Origin: an uncultured delta proteobacterium
GTDB taxonomy: Bacteria > Myxococcota_A > Polyangia > Polyangiales > CAWHLB01
DNA: 64,000 bases
NCBI GenBank assembly: GCA_963830115.1
Contig: CAWHLB010000027.1
Span: 409,246 to 473,245 of the forward strand
Direction: 5' to 3'
Shown here: positions 20,032 through 30,367 of the stretch, piece by piece
Layout of the letters: the number at the start of each line of letters is the position of its first letter
Numbering within the stretch: the first letter of the stretch is position 1
Made by a program: the position numbers and the translations under genes
Notes under the pieces: model-generated
The model's database searches: none
The model's input: only the letters and a program-made list of their open reading frames with translations
Told to the model about the DNA's origin: nothing

Positions 20032-21966
20032 ATGTCGGCAAGCAGCGGCAGTAGCAGCAGTGGTGTCGAGCACATCGAGGAGGGCCAGCTCCGCGAGCTG
20101 GCCGAGGCCTTCATCGAAGCGGCCAACATCGCCGACCTGGGCCTCCTGATCACCATCGCCCTCGAAGAGGCGCCGCGGGTCCTCTTCGCCAGCGAGGCGC
20201 TCGCGCGCATGCTGGGCACGACCACCCACGATCTCGAGTCGACACCCTCGATCATCGACACCTTCGCCGCTTCCGAGCACCGGGCCGCCCTCTACGAGCT
20301 CCGGCAGCGCCGGCTTCGTCAGGAGCCCGTGCAGCACTTCCTCGAGATCGATGTCTGCCGTACCGACGGGGTCCTCGTGCCGGTGGAGATGGCCCTCAGC
20401 TTCGTCGATTTCCAAGGGGCACCCGCGAGCGTCGTGTTCGTGCGCGACATCAGCGAGCGCAAGCACGCGCTCGAGGCGTTGCGCAGCTCCGAGCAGCGCT
20501 TCCGCGAGCTCGTCGAGGCCGCTCCCGAAGCGGTGGTGGTCGTGGCGGGCAACAAGCTGCTCTACGTCAACCGCGCCCTGGTGCGGATCCTGGGATACGA
20601 CGGCCCCGAGGAGGTCGTGGCGACGCCCCTGCGCGATTTGCTCTTGCCTCGCGACTTCGCCGACTACCTCGAGCGGGCCGCCCGGGGCCCCGCTTCCAAC
20701 CAGCGCCTCGGGCCCCGCGCGTATCACTTCATCCATCGCGACGGGACCGTCGTCACGCTCGAGGTGAGCTCGATCCCGATCGAGTTCGACGGCGCCGCCG
20801 CCCTCCTCGGTTTCGGCCGCGACGTGACCGACCGCGCGCGGTTGCAGGCCAAGCTCGTGCAGGCCGACCGGATGGCCACCGTGGGCACGCTCGCGGCGGG
20901 CGTCGCTCACGAGGTGAACAACCCCCTCGCCTACGTGCTGCTCAACCTGGGCTCCCTGGCCAAGGAGCTGCCGGCGCTCCTGCCGGAAGGAGAGGCGCGC
21001 GACCGCGTGATGCAGATGCTGACCGCCGCTCAGGACGGGACCGAGCGTGTGGCGACGATCGTGCGCGACCTACGGGCGGTGTCGCGGTGGGACGGCGAGG
21101 GTTCCCGGTTGGTCGACCTCCGGCGCGTGCTCGAAGCGACGACCAACATCGCGGGCAGCGAGCTCCGGGAGCGGGCCCGTCTCGTGCTCGAGCTCGACGA
21201 GACGCCGCCCGTGCTGGCCAACGAGGGACGCCTCGGACAGGTCTTCCTGAACCTCTTGCTCAATGCGGCCCAGGCCATTCCGAAGGGCCGGCCGGACGAC
21301 AACGAGGTCCGGGTCACGCTCGCCTTCGAGGGCGAACGCGACGTGGTGGTGGCCATCTCGGACACGGGGGCGGGCATCCCTCAGGAGCAGCTCGAGCGGG
21401 TGTTCGAGCCCTTCTTCACGACCCGCCCTTTCGGCTCCGGCACCGGTCTCGGCCTGTCAATCTGCCAGGGCATCGTCACGGCCAGTGACGGCACGCTCAC
21501 GGTGGAGAGCGAGGTCGGGCGGGGCACGACCTTTCGCGTGAAGCTCCCGGCGTCCCTGTCGCCCGCCGCGATGAACGCGGGTGCGGGCTCGGGAAAGCGC
21601 CGGCTCCGCGTGATGGTCATCGACCACAATCCGGTGTCCGCCGCGGCCCTCGAGCGCACCCTCGAGAGAGAGCACGAGGTGGTCCTGTCGACGCGCGCCA
21701 CCGACGCCCTGCCGCGCCTGATCGCAGAGCCCTGGGACCTGGTGCTCTGTGACCTGGTGATGCCCGAGACGACGGGGCTCGACCTCTACCGCGAGCTGTC
21801 GGTGCGGGCGCCCGGCAGGGAGCGGCGGCTCGTCTTCATGACGGGTGCCGACGCGGCCCCGTGGATGGTGGAGTTCCTGGCGAAGGTGGAGAACCCGCGC
21901 CTCCACAAGCCCTTCGACATCGAGGCGGTCGAGGGCCTGGTCCGCGCCCTCCTCGACCGGATGTAG
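20032..21966 (+). CDS. PAS-domain hybrid sensor histidine kinase (PAS-PAS-HisKA-HATPase-REC)
   Basis: H-box AAGVAHEVNNPL. N/G boxes LLLNAAQA, DTGAGIP and GSGTGLGLS. C-terminal REC (VMVIDHN..LVLCDLVMPETTG..HKPF). Confidence 0.85.
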   Translation: MSASSGSSSSGVEHIEEGQLRELAEAFIEAANIADLGLLITIALEEAPRVLFASEALARMLGTTTHDLESTPSIIDTFAASEHRAALYELRQRRLRQEPVQHFLEIDVCRTDGVLVPVEMALSFVDFQGAPASVVFVRDISERKHALEALRSSEQRFRELVEAAPEAVVVVAGNKLLYVNRALVRILGYDGPEEVVATPLRDLLLPRDFADYLERAARGPASNQRLGPRAYHFIHRDGTVVTLEVSSIPIEFDGAAALLGFGRDVTDRARLQAKLVQADRMATVGTLAAGVAHEVNNPLAYVLLNLGSLAKELPALLPEGEARDRVMQMLTAAQDGTERVATIVRDLRAVSRWDGEGSRLVDLRRVLEATTNIAGSELRERARLVLELDETPPVLANEGRLGQVFLNLLLNAAQAIPKGRPDDNEVRVTLAFEGERDVVVAISDTGAGIPQEQLERVFEPFFTTRPFGSGTGLGLSICQGIVTASDGTLTVESEVGRGTTFRVKLPASLSPAAMNAGAGSGKRRLRVMVIDHNPVSAAALERTLEREHEVVLSTRATDALPRLIAEPWDLVLCDLVMPETTGLDLYRELSVRAPGRERRLVFMTGADAAPWMVEFLAKVENPRLHKPFDIEAVEGLVRALLDRM

Positions 21967-21976
21967 GCGGCGCTGA

Positions 21977-21994
21977 CCGGCTCGTCGGAGCCGG
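21977..21994. terminator. Candidate bidirectional terminator hairpin between the convergent HK and tolB genes
   Basis: ccggctc-gtcg-gagccgg forms a 7-bp stem. There is no clear U tract. Confidence 0.25.
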
Positions 21995-22008
21995 ATGCCG
22001 TTCGGCGC

Positions 22009-23352
22009 TCAGTGCGCCCCCCAGCGCAGGGTCTCGGCGGCGCCGGGGATGATGCGGTGCTGGTTGAGCCCCTCGGGGTTCGAGACGTAGATGCCGCCGC
22101 GCGACGACCAGAAGGCGACCATCCGGCAGTCGGGCGAGAAGGCCGGGTCCTTGTTCACGCCCTGCCCCTGGGTGAGGCGCGTGTACTCGCCGGTCGCGAG
22201 GTTGAGGGTGAAGACGTCCATGCCGCCGTCGCGCCCCGTGAAGGCGATCAGTTGCTGGTGCGGATCGGGGCACCAGGCGGGGGTCTGGTTGTACTCGCCC
22301 CGGAAGGTGACGCGGTGCACGTTGCCGCCGCTGCCGTCCATCACGAAGATCTGTGGTCCACCTTGCCGGTTCGAGACGAAGGCAATCTGCCCGCCCGGCC
22401 CGCACGCCGGGCTCACGTCGATGGCCGGGTCGTGGGTGATGCGCCGCACGTCGCTTCCGTCGGCGCGCGCGCTGTAGATCTCGCTGTTGCCGTCGCGCGT
22501 CGAGGTGAAGTAGATGCGGCCGTTGCAGAACGAGGGGCCCATGTTGAGGCCGTTGCCGTGGATGATGGGGTGCTCGTTCATGCCGGTGCGCGTGATGAAC
22601 ATGCCCATGGGCGTGAGCTTCGAGTACCAGATGCCGCCCGGGCCGAAGGCCGGCAGCATGTTGACGCCGTGGCCGCTCGAGACGCGCCCCACGTCGTGAC
22701 CGTCGAAGTCCGCGACGTAGACGTCCTTGCGTCCGGGGCCGTGCCGCCGCGCGAAGGTGATGCGCGTCCCGAAGGAGCTCGCCGTCCCGGTGAGCACACG
22801 CACGACCTCGTTGGCGAACTCGTGCATGAACCCGCGCACCTGGCCGGGCCCGCCGTGGTAGCTCCGAACGAGGGTCGGCGCGCCGCCCTGGGCGAGCTGA
22901 TAGAGCCGCATCTCGACCGTTAGCGAGCTCCCCGAGCCGCGGATCTCGCCCTTGATGACGCCCTGGGCGCCGACGCTCGTCCAGGCGTTCGGCACGATGG
23001 ACAACCCCTCCTGATCCAGATTCGCGATGAACGAGCGCGCGTCGAGCACCTGGAAGAGCGAGACCAGCGTGAAGTCGTTGCGGAGCACCTCGGCCGCGCT
23101 CGCGCCCATGGTGCTCGAGCCGCGCAGGTTCGGAACGGCGATCTTGTAGAGCGCGCGCTCCGGCGAGTCGATGTCGATGACGACGCCCCGATCGGGCAGG
23201 GCCTGGTCGCCCGGGGGGGCACCGGGGCTCGTGGCTTGCCCTGCGGTGCCGCTCGAAGCGCCGCCTTGCTGCCCGAGCACGGGGAGGGCGACGACGAGCA
23301 GGGCGACGAAGGCCAGGAGGGAGGCGAGGCGGCTCGGTAGACGTCGGGTCAT
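22009..23352 (-). CDS. tolB: TolB-like periplasmic beta-propeller protein
   Basis: ATG at 23352 after GAAGGAA. Signal peptide, TolB N-domain-like region, then repeated PD40-type blades (..FSPDCRMVAFWSSRGG). Confidence 0.85.
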   Translation of the reverse strand: MTRRLPSRLASLLAFVALLVVALPVLGQQGGASSGTAGQATSPGAPPGDQALPDRGVVIDIDSPERALYKIAVPNLRGSSTMGASAAEVLRNDFTLVSLFQVLDARSFIANLDQEGLSIVPNAWTSVGAQGVIKGEIRGSGSSLTVEMRLYQLAQGGAPTLVRSYHGGPGQVRGFMHEFANEVVRVLTGTASSFGTRITFARRHGPGRKDVYVADFDGHDVGRVSSGHGVNMLPAFGPGGIWYSKLTPMGMFITRTGMNEHPIIHGNGLNMGPSFCNGRIYFTSTRDGNSEIYSARADGSDVRRITHDPAIDVSPACGPGGQIAFVSNRQGGPQIFVMDGSGGNVHRVTFRGEYNQTPAWCPDPHQQLIAFTGRDGGMDVFTLNLATGEYTRLTQGQGVNKDPAFSPDCRMVAFWSSRGGIYVSNPEGLNQHRIIPGAAETLRWGAH

Positions 23353-23418
23353 CGGTTCCTTCGACGGGCGCGGGAGCACATCGTTCGAGGCTTCACCCTA
23401 CCTCACATCCCCCCGTCG

Positions 23419-24222
23419 TCACGGAGCGCTCGTGGCGTCCCGGCCGCGGAAGCGAAGCCCGATGGTGCGCCCCACGTACTGATCGGCCACCTCCGGCGGC
23501 GGCGTGGGCAGGGCCGTGTGGCCGTCCTCAATCTGCTGGAGGCGGTCGAGGACGGACTGGTCGAAGAGGGCGTTGCCGCTCGAGTGACGCACGCGCGAGC
23601 CCGTGATGTGCAGATCGGCGCCCACGTCGATGTCGACCTCGGTCGTGAGGTGCGAGCGCTCCTCGTCGCTCAGCACCGTCGGCACGGTCCAGCCGCGCCG
23701 GAAGAAGGCGTAGAGCTTGCCCGCGTACACATCGCCGGCATGGGCCTCGGCCGTGCCCTCCTCGATGCCGTCGGGGCTGCCCTCGCGCTCGCGCTGCTGG
23801 GCGATCTCGGCGAAGGTCTGGGCCCGGTCGCCGAGGCGCGTGAGCAGGTCCTCGGTCGGGTTCTCGGGGCGCACCCCGGCGTCGGCGCGGTCGACGTGGT
23901 GGGGATGGCGCGAGACCGCGACGCGATCGGGCGGCGCCGTCTGCAGGTGATGCACGTGGCGGTTCGGCAGCCGGTGCGGATCGAGCTGCTTGCCGAGCTG
24001 GACGAAGCGCGCCTCCATCACCTCGTGCTCCGGGACGGGCGGCGGGGCGTCGTGGTGGAAGAGGCCAATCATCGAGCCGATGAAGACCACCGCGCTGAGC
24101 AAGAGGGGGACCAGGACGTGGGCGCCGAAGGTCGTGACCGCGCCGGCCACCAGGTCGACGCGGCTCGGCGGTCGCCGCGACAGCAGCGACGGCGGCCGGA
24201 GGTCGCGCGCCTCGACGCGCAT
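23419..24222 (-). CDS. TonB/TolA-like energy-transducer protein
   Basis: N-terminal TM segment, then a TonB_C-like C-terminus (SSGNALFDQSVLDRL..LPTPPPE). ATGA overlap with the upstream exbD/tolR. Confidence 0.7.
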   Translation of the reverse strand: MRVEARDLRPPSLLSRRPPSRVDLVAGAVTTFGAHVLVPLLLSAVVFIGSMIGLFHHDAPPPVPEHEVMEARFVQLGKQLDPHRLPNRHVHHLQTAPPDRVAVSRHPHHVDRADAGVRPENPTEDLLTRLGDRAQTFAEIAQQREREGSPDGIEEGTAEAHAGDVYAGKLYAFFRRGWTVPTVLSDEERSHLTTEVDIDVGADLHITGSRVRHSSGNALFDQSVLDRLQQIEDGHTALPTPPPEVADQYVGRTIGLRFRGRDATSAP

Positions 24223-24662
24223 CACCTGCCCTTGCTCCCTCCGCCCGTGTCGAGAGGCTCGGTCACGAGCCCCACCTTCTCGACGCCCGCCTTCCGCACG
24301 GCCGCGAAGACGCGCACGACGAAGCCGTAGGGTACGTGCTCGTCCGCCGACACGTAGAGCTCCTTGTCCTTGCGCAGGCGGGCGTTCGTGCGGAGCGCCT
24401 CGTCGAGGCAATCGAAGGGCACCAGCGTCTCACCCAGGTACACCTTGCGGTGGGCGTCGATGGTGAGCAGGAGCTTCTGCTCCTGCATGTCCGAGGCAGG
24501 GGCCTCGGCGTTGGGCAGGTCGACGGGCAGGCTCGTCTGGGTGAGCAGCGGTGCCGCGACGATGAAGATGATGAGCAGGACGAGCATGACGTCCACGAGG
24601 GGCGTCACGTTGATCTCGCTCAGCGGTGTGCGGCCGCTGCCTCCGCCGCTCGTGAACGCCAT
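24222..24662 (-). CDS. tolR: ExbD/TolR biopolymer transport protein
   Basis: INVTPLVDVMLVLLIIF motif. 146 aa. Confidence 0.85.
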   Translation of the reverse strand: MAFTSGGGSGRTPLSEINVTPLVDVMLVLLIIFIVAAPLLTQTSLPVDLPNAEAPASDMQEQKLLLTIDAHRKVYLGETLVPFDCLDEALRTNARLRKDKELYVSADEHVPYGFVVRVFAAVRKAGVEKVGLVTEPLDTGGGSKGR

Positions 24663-24674
24663 CCCGGAAGCTCC

Positions 24675-25451
<777 letters not shown>

Positions 25452-25501
25452 GGCGGCTCGGGCTTTCCTTTCGGCAGTCGAGGGCGTAGCAGCCCTTCTC
25501 G

Positions 25502-26047
25502 TCAACCGCTACCGTGACGCCTTGCCTCGGCGATGGCGTCGGCGAGGGCGTCCGGGTCTGCCGCGCCGACGAAGGTGCGGACGACCTTGCCACGGCCGTC
25601 GATCACGTAGGTCGTGGGCAGGTTCGTCACGTGGTAGGCCCGCATTTGCGCCGGCGTGCCGAGCGCGATGGGGTAGGGCATGTGGAGCTGCCGCGCCGCC
25701 CTGACGACCGCGGGGAGGGGCGCCTGGTCGACCGAGACGCCGACCATCACGCCGTCCTTGCCGAGCTTGCGGTAGGCAGCGGCGAGCACCGGCGCTTCGG
25801 CGCGGCAGGGTGGGCACCAGGTGGCCCAGAAGTTGAGGACGACCACGCGGCCGCGGGCGTCGGCGAGGCGGAAGGGCCGGCCGTCGTCGAGGGTCGTCGA
25901 GAGGGCGGGCGCGGTGCTGCCCGAGCGGACGAGGCTCGTCTGCACGAGCTTCCCGAGGACCATCCACAGGAAGAGCGCCACCAGCATCCAGGGCAGGACG
26001 CGGCGGATCCATCGGCGGACGATTTGCTCGCGAGCGGGATCACGCAT
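25502..26047 (-). CDS. TlpA/ResA-like membrane-anchored thiol:disulfide oxidoreductase
   Basis: N-terminal TM anchor. Contains NFWATWCPPCRAEAP (CxxC). Confidence 0.85.
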   Translation of the reverse strand: MRDPAREQIVRRWIRRVLPWMLVALFLWMVLGKLVQTSLVRSGSTAPALSTTLDDGRPFRLADARGRVVVLNFWATWCPPCRAEAPVLAAAYRKLGKDGVMVGVSVDQAPLPAVVRAARQLHMPYPIALGTPAQMRAYHVTNLPTTYVIDGRGKVVRTFVGAADPDALADAIAEARRHGSG

Positions 26048-26178
26048 GGGGCACCTGCATATCCGCCTCTGTGGTCGACCCCCGGCTCGGCGCGGATGCT
26101 CCGGCGCATGGGAGAGGCAGTCCCATGGCCGACGGTGTAGCATGCCCGAGGCGGGGCCGCGGCCCCGCGGGAGGCTGG

Positions 26179-27936
26179 ATGACCAGAAGGGCTCGACTCT
26201 GGACGGCGGGGGTGCTCCTGGTCTTCGCCCAGACAGGTGTGGTTGCGGCGCAGGGCGGCGGACACGGCCACGACGGCACCATCGAGCAGGCGCGGATGCA
26301 CATGGACCGCGGCCAGGACCTGTACGTGCGCGGGCAATTCGCCGGGGCGGCGCACGAGTTCGAGGAGGCCTACGCCGCGCTGCCCACGGCGGCGTTCCTC
26401 TACAACGCGGGCCTGGCCTACGAGCACGCGGGGGAGCCGGGGAAGGCGGCGGACTTTTTCGCGCGCTACCTCGAGCGCGACCCGAATGCGAGCGACGCGG
26501 CGAGCGTTCGGGCGCGGGTCGAGGCGCTCAGGACCCAGGCCGTGTCCCAGGCGGCCGAGGCGGCCCAGGCTGCGGGCACGGCGAACGGCGGCACCAACAC
26601 GGCGAACGGTGGCACCGACACGGCGAACGGTGGCACCGGCGCGTCGGCGAACGGCAGCACGGGCACGGCGACGAACGGTGGCACGGGCGCGTCGGTGAAC
26701 GGCACGGGCACGGCGACGAACGGTGGCACCGGCGCGTCGGCGAACGGCACGGGCACGGCGACGAACGGTGGCACGGGCGCGTCGGTGAACGGCACGGGCA
26801 CGGCGACGAACGGGGGCACGGGTACGACGACGAACGGCGGCACGGCCAGCACCTCCGGGACGGGCGGCGTGGGGGCGACGGCGAGCACGGGCGTCGCGGG
26901 CACGAGCTTGCCGACCGGGTCACCCACGGATGCCATGAAGTCGCTGCTCGCGGTGCGCACCAATCCCGAGGGCGCCCACGTCACCGTCACGCAGCACGGT
27001 CAGGCGGTCGCCTCGGGCCTGTCGCCCCTGGCCGTGACCCTCGACGAGGGCGCCTACCACCTCGACATCGAGCACACGCGCTACCACCGCGTGCAGGACG
27101 ACCTGCGCGTGGCCCACGGCAAGGTTTTCATCGTCATCGTCGCCATGAGCCAGGGGCAGTTCCTCGGCTACCTCCACGTCGTCAGCCAGCCCCCTGGCGC
27201 GCGCGTGTTCCTCGACAACCAGGGCCAGGGCGCCGTGGGTCAGACGCCCTTCCTCCATCCGGTGCCGACCGGCGTGCACCACCTGTGGATCGAGCAGCCG
27301 GGCTACACGACCGAGCAGCGCAGCATCCACGTCCCCATCGGCACCCAGGCCGACGTGCACGTCAATCTCCACCGCGTGGCCTGGGGCAAGCTCCACATCG
27401 TCGCCAACGTGCGACCGGCCCATGTCTACGTCGACGACCGGGACGTTGGTACGGTGCCTTACGATGGCCAGCTGCCCGGGGGGACCCACGCGCTGCGCGT
27501 CGAGGCCGACGGCATGAAGACCCTCGAGGGACGGGTCGAGGTGGCCCGCGGGCAGCTCACTGAGGAGCGCGTGCACCTCCGGCCGGCCGAGGGTCGGGGC
27601 GAGGCGTGGGTGTCGGCGATCCTCGGCGCCGCGCTCGTGGGCGGCGGCGCGGCCCTCGGCGTCGTCTCCAACAACCTGCACGACGACCTCGCGGCCCAGC
27701 GTGACATGGGCCGGCTCGCCGGCGACGACTCACGTCTGCTCGAAGGCAAGCTCCTCGCGGCGGGAGCCGACCTGGCCTTCGGGATCGGCGCGCTCTTCGG
27801 CGTGCTGGCGGTCTACCAGTTCCTTCGCGACCCCTTGCCCGACTCGAGCGCCCACGCGATGCCGCCGACCGACTTCGGGGTCGACGCGGCGGTCGGGCCG
27901 GACGCCGTGAACGCCACGGTGCGGGGGGCCTTCTGA
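26179..27936 (+). CDS. Secreted TPR + PEGA-domain protein with a Thr/Gly/Asn-rich tandem-repeat linker and a C-terminal TM segment
   Basis: ATG at 26179 after GGGAGG. Signal peptide and TPR-like helices. PEGA-like segments (VRTNPEGAHVTV, VVSQPPGARVFLD, RPAHVYVD). Confidence 0.75.
   Translation: MTRRARLWTAGVLLVFAQTGVVAAQGGGHGHDGTIEQARMHMDRGQDLYVRGQFAGAAHEFEEAYAALPTAAFLYNAGLAYEHAGEPGKAADFFARYLERDPNASDAASVRARVEALRTQAVSQAAEAAQAAGTANGGTNTANGGTDTANGGTGASANGSTGTATNGGTGASVNGTGTATNGGTGASANGTGTATNGGTGASVNGTGTATNGGTGTTTNGGTASTSGTGGVGATASTGVAGTSLPTGSPTDAMKSLLAVRTNPEGAHVTVTQHGQAVASGLSPLAVTLDEGAYHLDIEHTRYHRVQDDLRVAHGKVFIVIVAMSQGQFLGYLHVVSQPPGARVFLDNQGQGAVGQTPFLHPVPTGVHHLWIEQPGYTTEQRSIHVPIGTQADVHVNLHRVAWGKLHIVANVRPAHVYVDDRDVGTVPYDGQLPGGTHALRVEADGMKTLEGRVEVARGQLTEERVHLRPAEGRGEAWVSAILGAALVGGGAALGVVSNNLHDDLAAQRDMGRLAGDDSRLLEGKLLAAGADLAFGIGALFGVLAVYQFLRDPLPDSSAHAMPPTDFGVDAAVGPDAVNATVRGAF
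26580..26830. repeat. 45-bp (15-aa) tandem repeats GTGTATNGGTGAS[VA]N plus shorter ANGGT[ND]T units, within the coding sequence
   Basis: Repeats are directly visible in both the DNA and the translation of 26179..27936. Confidence 0.75.
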
Positions 27937-27937
27937 G

Positions 27938-29359
27938 ATGGACGCCACGAAGCACGTCTCGACGAAGCGCGTCTCGGCCCGACGCCGCGCGACGCTCGCC
28001 GCGCTCGCCCTGGTGCTCGTCGCAACGGGCTGCAACCCCTTCGCCTTCGACGACCTCTCGAACCAGGCCTCGACGGTCGTCCTGTCGCCGCCCGACAGCT
28101 ACCCGCGACCCGAGCTCGGCGCGGCGCTCGCGAGCTACGTGGGTGACGAGCACGGCGCTCCGGTTTCGCGCATCGTCACGTCGGCGGGCGCCGACTCGCC
28201 GATCCTCGTCTACGGCGGTTGGGGCGCGAGCGGGCTCGACCTCGGCAACCCGCCCGTCGTCTCGTTCTGCGCCGAGGGCGGGGCCTGCGATGCCGGTGCG
28301 GCCCAGGCCCTCGCCGTCCTACCCGTGTGGAAGGCGGGCGCTCCGGACGAACAACACGACTGCGTGCTGTCGATCGCGCCGTCGAGCGGCCAGGTCCTCG
28401 TGCACTGCGAGAGCCGCCAAAATGTCTTCGACCGCTTCGCGGGTCCTGCCGGCCTCGGTTTCGGTACCTCGGCGGTCGGGCTCGGACCGGGCAACCCGGT
28501 TGGCGTGGCGCTCGTGGGCGCGCCCGGTGACCTGGGTGGGCAGGGCCGCATCTACCGCATCCCGGACGGCGAAGCCCCGGTGGCCCTCGACTTCGGCGCC
28601 GCAGGGCTCCACGCGGCGGACCAGCTCGGCACGGTGCTCGCCGCGGACACCCTGCCCGACGGCAGTACGCTCGTCGCCGCCTCGGCCCCGGGCGCGCAAC
28701 GCGTGGTAGTGGGGGTCGTTACATCCGACGGAATGGGCGGCGCGAGCGTGTCGGTGCGCGCGTGCCTGAATGGCGGGCGGCCCGGCTTTGGGAGCTCCCT
28801 CGCCGTCGGTGACCTGGACGGTGACGGCATCCCGGACGTGGTGGTCGGCAGCGGCGCGGACGGCAACGGCGCCGAGCCCGTGGACGTCTACCCGGGCAGC
28901 GGCCTGCCCGACGGGAGCGCGGGCTGTGTGGACTGGAGCGCTCGCCACAGCATCGACTGTGTCGACGGCTTGCGCGGTGTGACCTGCGACGGGGCGTCCT
29001 TCGGCGCGTCCGTCGCGATCGGCGACGTGAACGGCGACGGCATCGGCGACCTGCTCGTCGGCGCACCCGGGGCGGCGGTCGGTGGGACGCCTGGCGCGGG
29101 CGCGGTCTTCGTCTACCCGGGAAGCGGCTCGGGCTTGCTCATCGACACGCCGGTGGCGCTCGTCCACTCGAGCCCGTCGCGGGACGACCGCCTCGGCGCC
29201 ACGGTCGCGGCCATGGGCACCGAGCTCGGGGGCACGCGCACGCCGCGCGACGAGCCGGTGGCGGGCGCGCCGGGCAAGGGCGCGGTCCTCGTCTTCCTGT
29301 GCACGGGCCTCGACGGCGACAGCACGGCCCTCGGCCCCCGCTGCATCGTTTCACCCTGA
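27938..29359 (+). CDS. FG-GAP / integrin-alpha-repeat lipoprotein
   Basis: Lipobox LVATGC. Contains GDLDGDGIPDVVVG and GDVNGDGIGDLLVGAPG repeats. Confidence 0.75.
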   Translation: MDATKHVSTKRVSARRRATLAALALVLVATGCNPFAFDDLSNQASTVVLSPPDSYPRPELGAALASYVGDEHGAPVSRIVTSAGADSPILVYGGWGASGLDLGNPPVVSFCAEGGACDAGAAQALAVLPVWKAGAPDEQHDCVLSIAPSSGQVLVHCESRQNVFDRFAGPAGLGFGTSAVGLGPGNPVGVALVGAPGDLGGQGRIYRIPDGEAPVALDFGAAGLHAADQLGTVLAADTLPDGSTLVAASAPGAQRVVVGVVTSDGMGGASVSVRACLNGGRPGFGSSLAVGDLDGDGIPDVVVGSGADGNGAEPVDVYPGSGLPDGSAGCVDWSARHSIDCVDGLRGVTCDGASFGASVAIGDVNGDGIGDLLVGAPGAAVGGTPGAGAVFVYPGSGSGLLIDTPVALVHSSPSRDDRLGATVAAMGTELGGTRTPRDEPVAGAPGKGAVLVFLCTGLDGDSTALGPRCIVSP

Positions 29360-29394
29360 GGCTCGGTCGGGTCCTTCGCGTCGGCGCCCGTGCC

Positions 29395-29422
29395 TTGACG
29401 GGCGTGGAGCCGTCGGTAGGAT
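29395..29422 (+). promoter_or_regulatory. Candidate promoter of vapBC (leaderless-type)
   Basis: TTGACG (29395-29400), a 16-nt spacer, then TAGGAT (29417-29422), with 7 nt to the ATG at 29430. Confidence 0.3.
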
Positions 29423-29429
29423 TGATGGT

Positions 29430-29687
29430 ATGACCATGGCGAAGATCGCCGTGACGCTGCCGCCGGCGCTCGTTGCACGTGCGCGGCGCGCCGTGCGCGA
29501 AGGGGTTGCCGAGAGCGTCAGCTCCTACGTGGCCTCGGCGCTCGAGGAGAAGGTCAAGCTCGACGACCTCGCCGGGATGCTGGAGGCGATGCTGGCCGAG
29601 ACGGGTGGCCCGCTCACCGAGCGCGAGCGTCGCGCTGCCGACGCCGCGCTGGGCGTCCGCCCGCGTCGAAAGCGCAAGCGCGCATGA
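29430..29687 (+). CDS. vapB: Ribbon-helix-helix (CopG/VapB-like) antitoxin
   Basis: 85 aa with an N-terminal MAKIAVTLPPALVARARRAV beta-strand/helix pattern. Its stop overlaps the PIN gene start (ATGA). Confidence 0.75.
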   Translation: MTMAKIAVTLPPALVARARRAVREGVAESVSSYVASALEEKVKLDDLAGMLEAMLAETGGPLTERERRAADAALGVRPRRKRKRA

Positions 29688-30082
29688 AGGGTAAGGGGAG
29701 CACGCCCGTCGGGCTCATCCTCGACGCCGGGGCCCTGATCGCGTTCGAGCGCAACGACCGGCACGTAGTGGCCATCGTGGCGCGAGCGCTTTCGCGCGGT
29801 GCGCGCCTTACCGTTCCGGCGGGCGTCGTGGGCCAGGTCTGGCGCGACGGGAGGCGGCAGGCCCGCCTCACGCGCCTGTTGGGCTCGGACCTCGTCGAGG
29901 TCGAGCCCCTCGACGACGCGCGCGCCCGCGCCGCCGGTGAGCTCTGCGGCGTACGCAGCACGACGGACGTCATCGACGCCTCCGTCGGGCTCTCGGCGCG
30001 CGCCCGCGGCCAAGGCGTGCTCACGTCGGACCCGCACGACCTCCAGCGCCTCGACCCGTCCTTGCGCTGCGTGCGTGCGTGA
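29684..30082 (+). CDS. vapC: PIN-domain ribonuclease toxin VapC
   Basis: 132 aa with acidic residues in PIN positions (LILDAGALIAFE, DVIDASV, TSDPHD). Confidence 0.85.
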   Translation: MKGKGSTPVGLILDAGALIAFERNDRHVVAIVARALSRGARLTVPAGVVGQVWRDGRRQARLTRLLGSDLVEVEPLDDARARAAGELCGVRSTTDVIDASVGLSARARGQGVLTSDPHDLQRLDPSLRCVRA

Positions 30083-30367
30083 CGCTGGCTGAACGCGCCG
30101 GCTCGGCGTGAGATCGAGCAAGGGGAGCCGCCCACGACAATGGTCAAGCGACAGCTTTAGTGTTTCGTGCGTGGGGTAGCGGAATGTCGTGGCCTTTCGC
30201 GGGTCGGAGCGAGCGACACCCTGGCTCGCCGGGGCGATGCCGATCTCGGACCCGGGCGGTGGGGGCATGGCCAATCGCTGGAACGGCCGCACCTTATGCA
30301 CAGGGCGACATCCGTGCTCCGGGCGATCATGTCCGGTGGCAGGGTGGGTGCCCGGTCGGAGGGAGCG

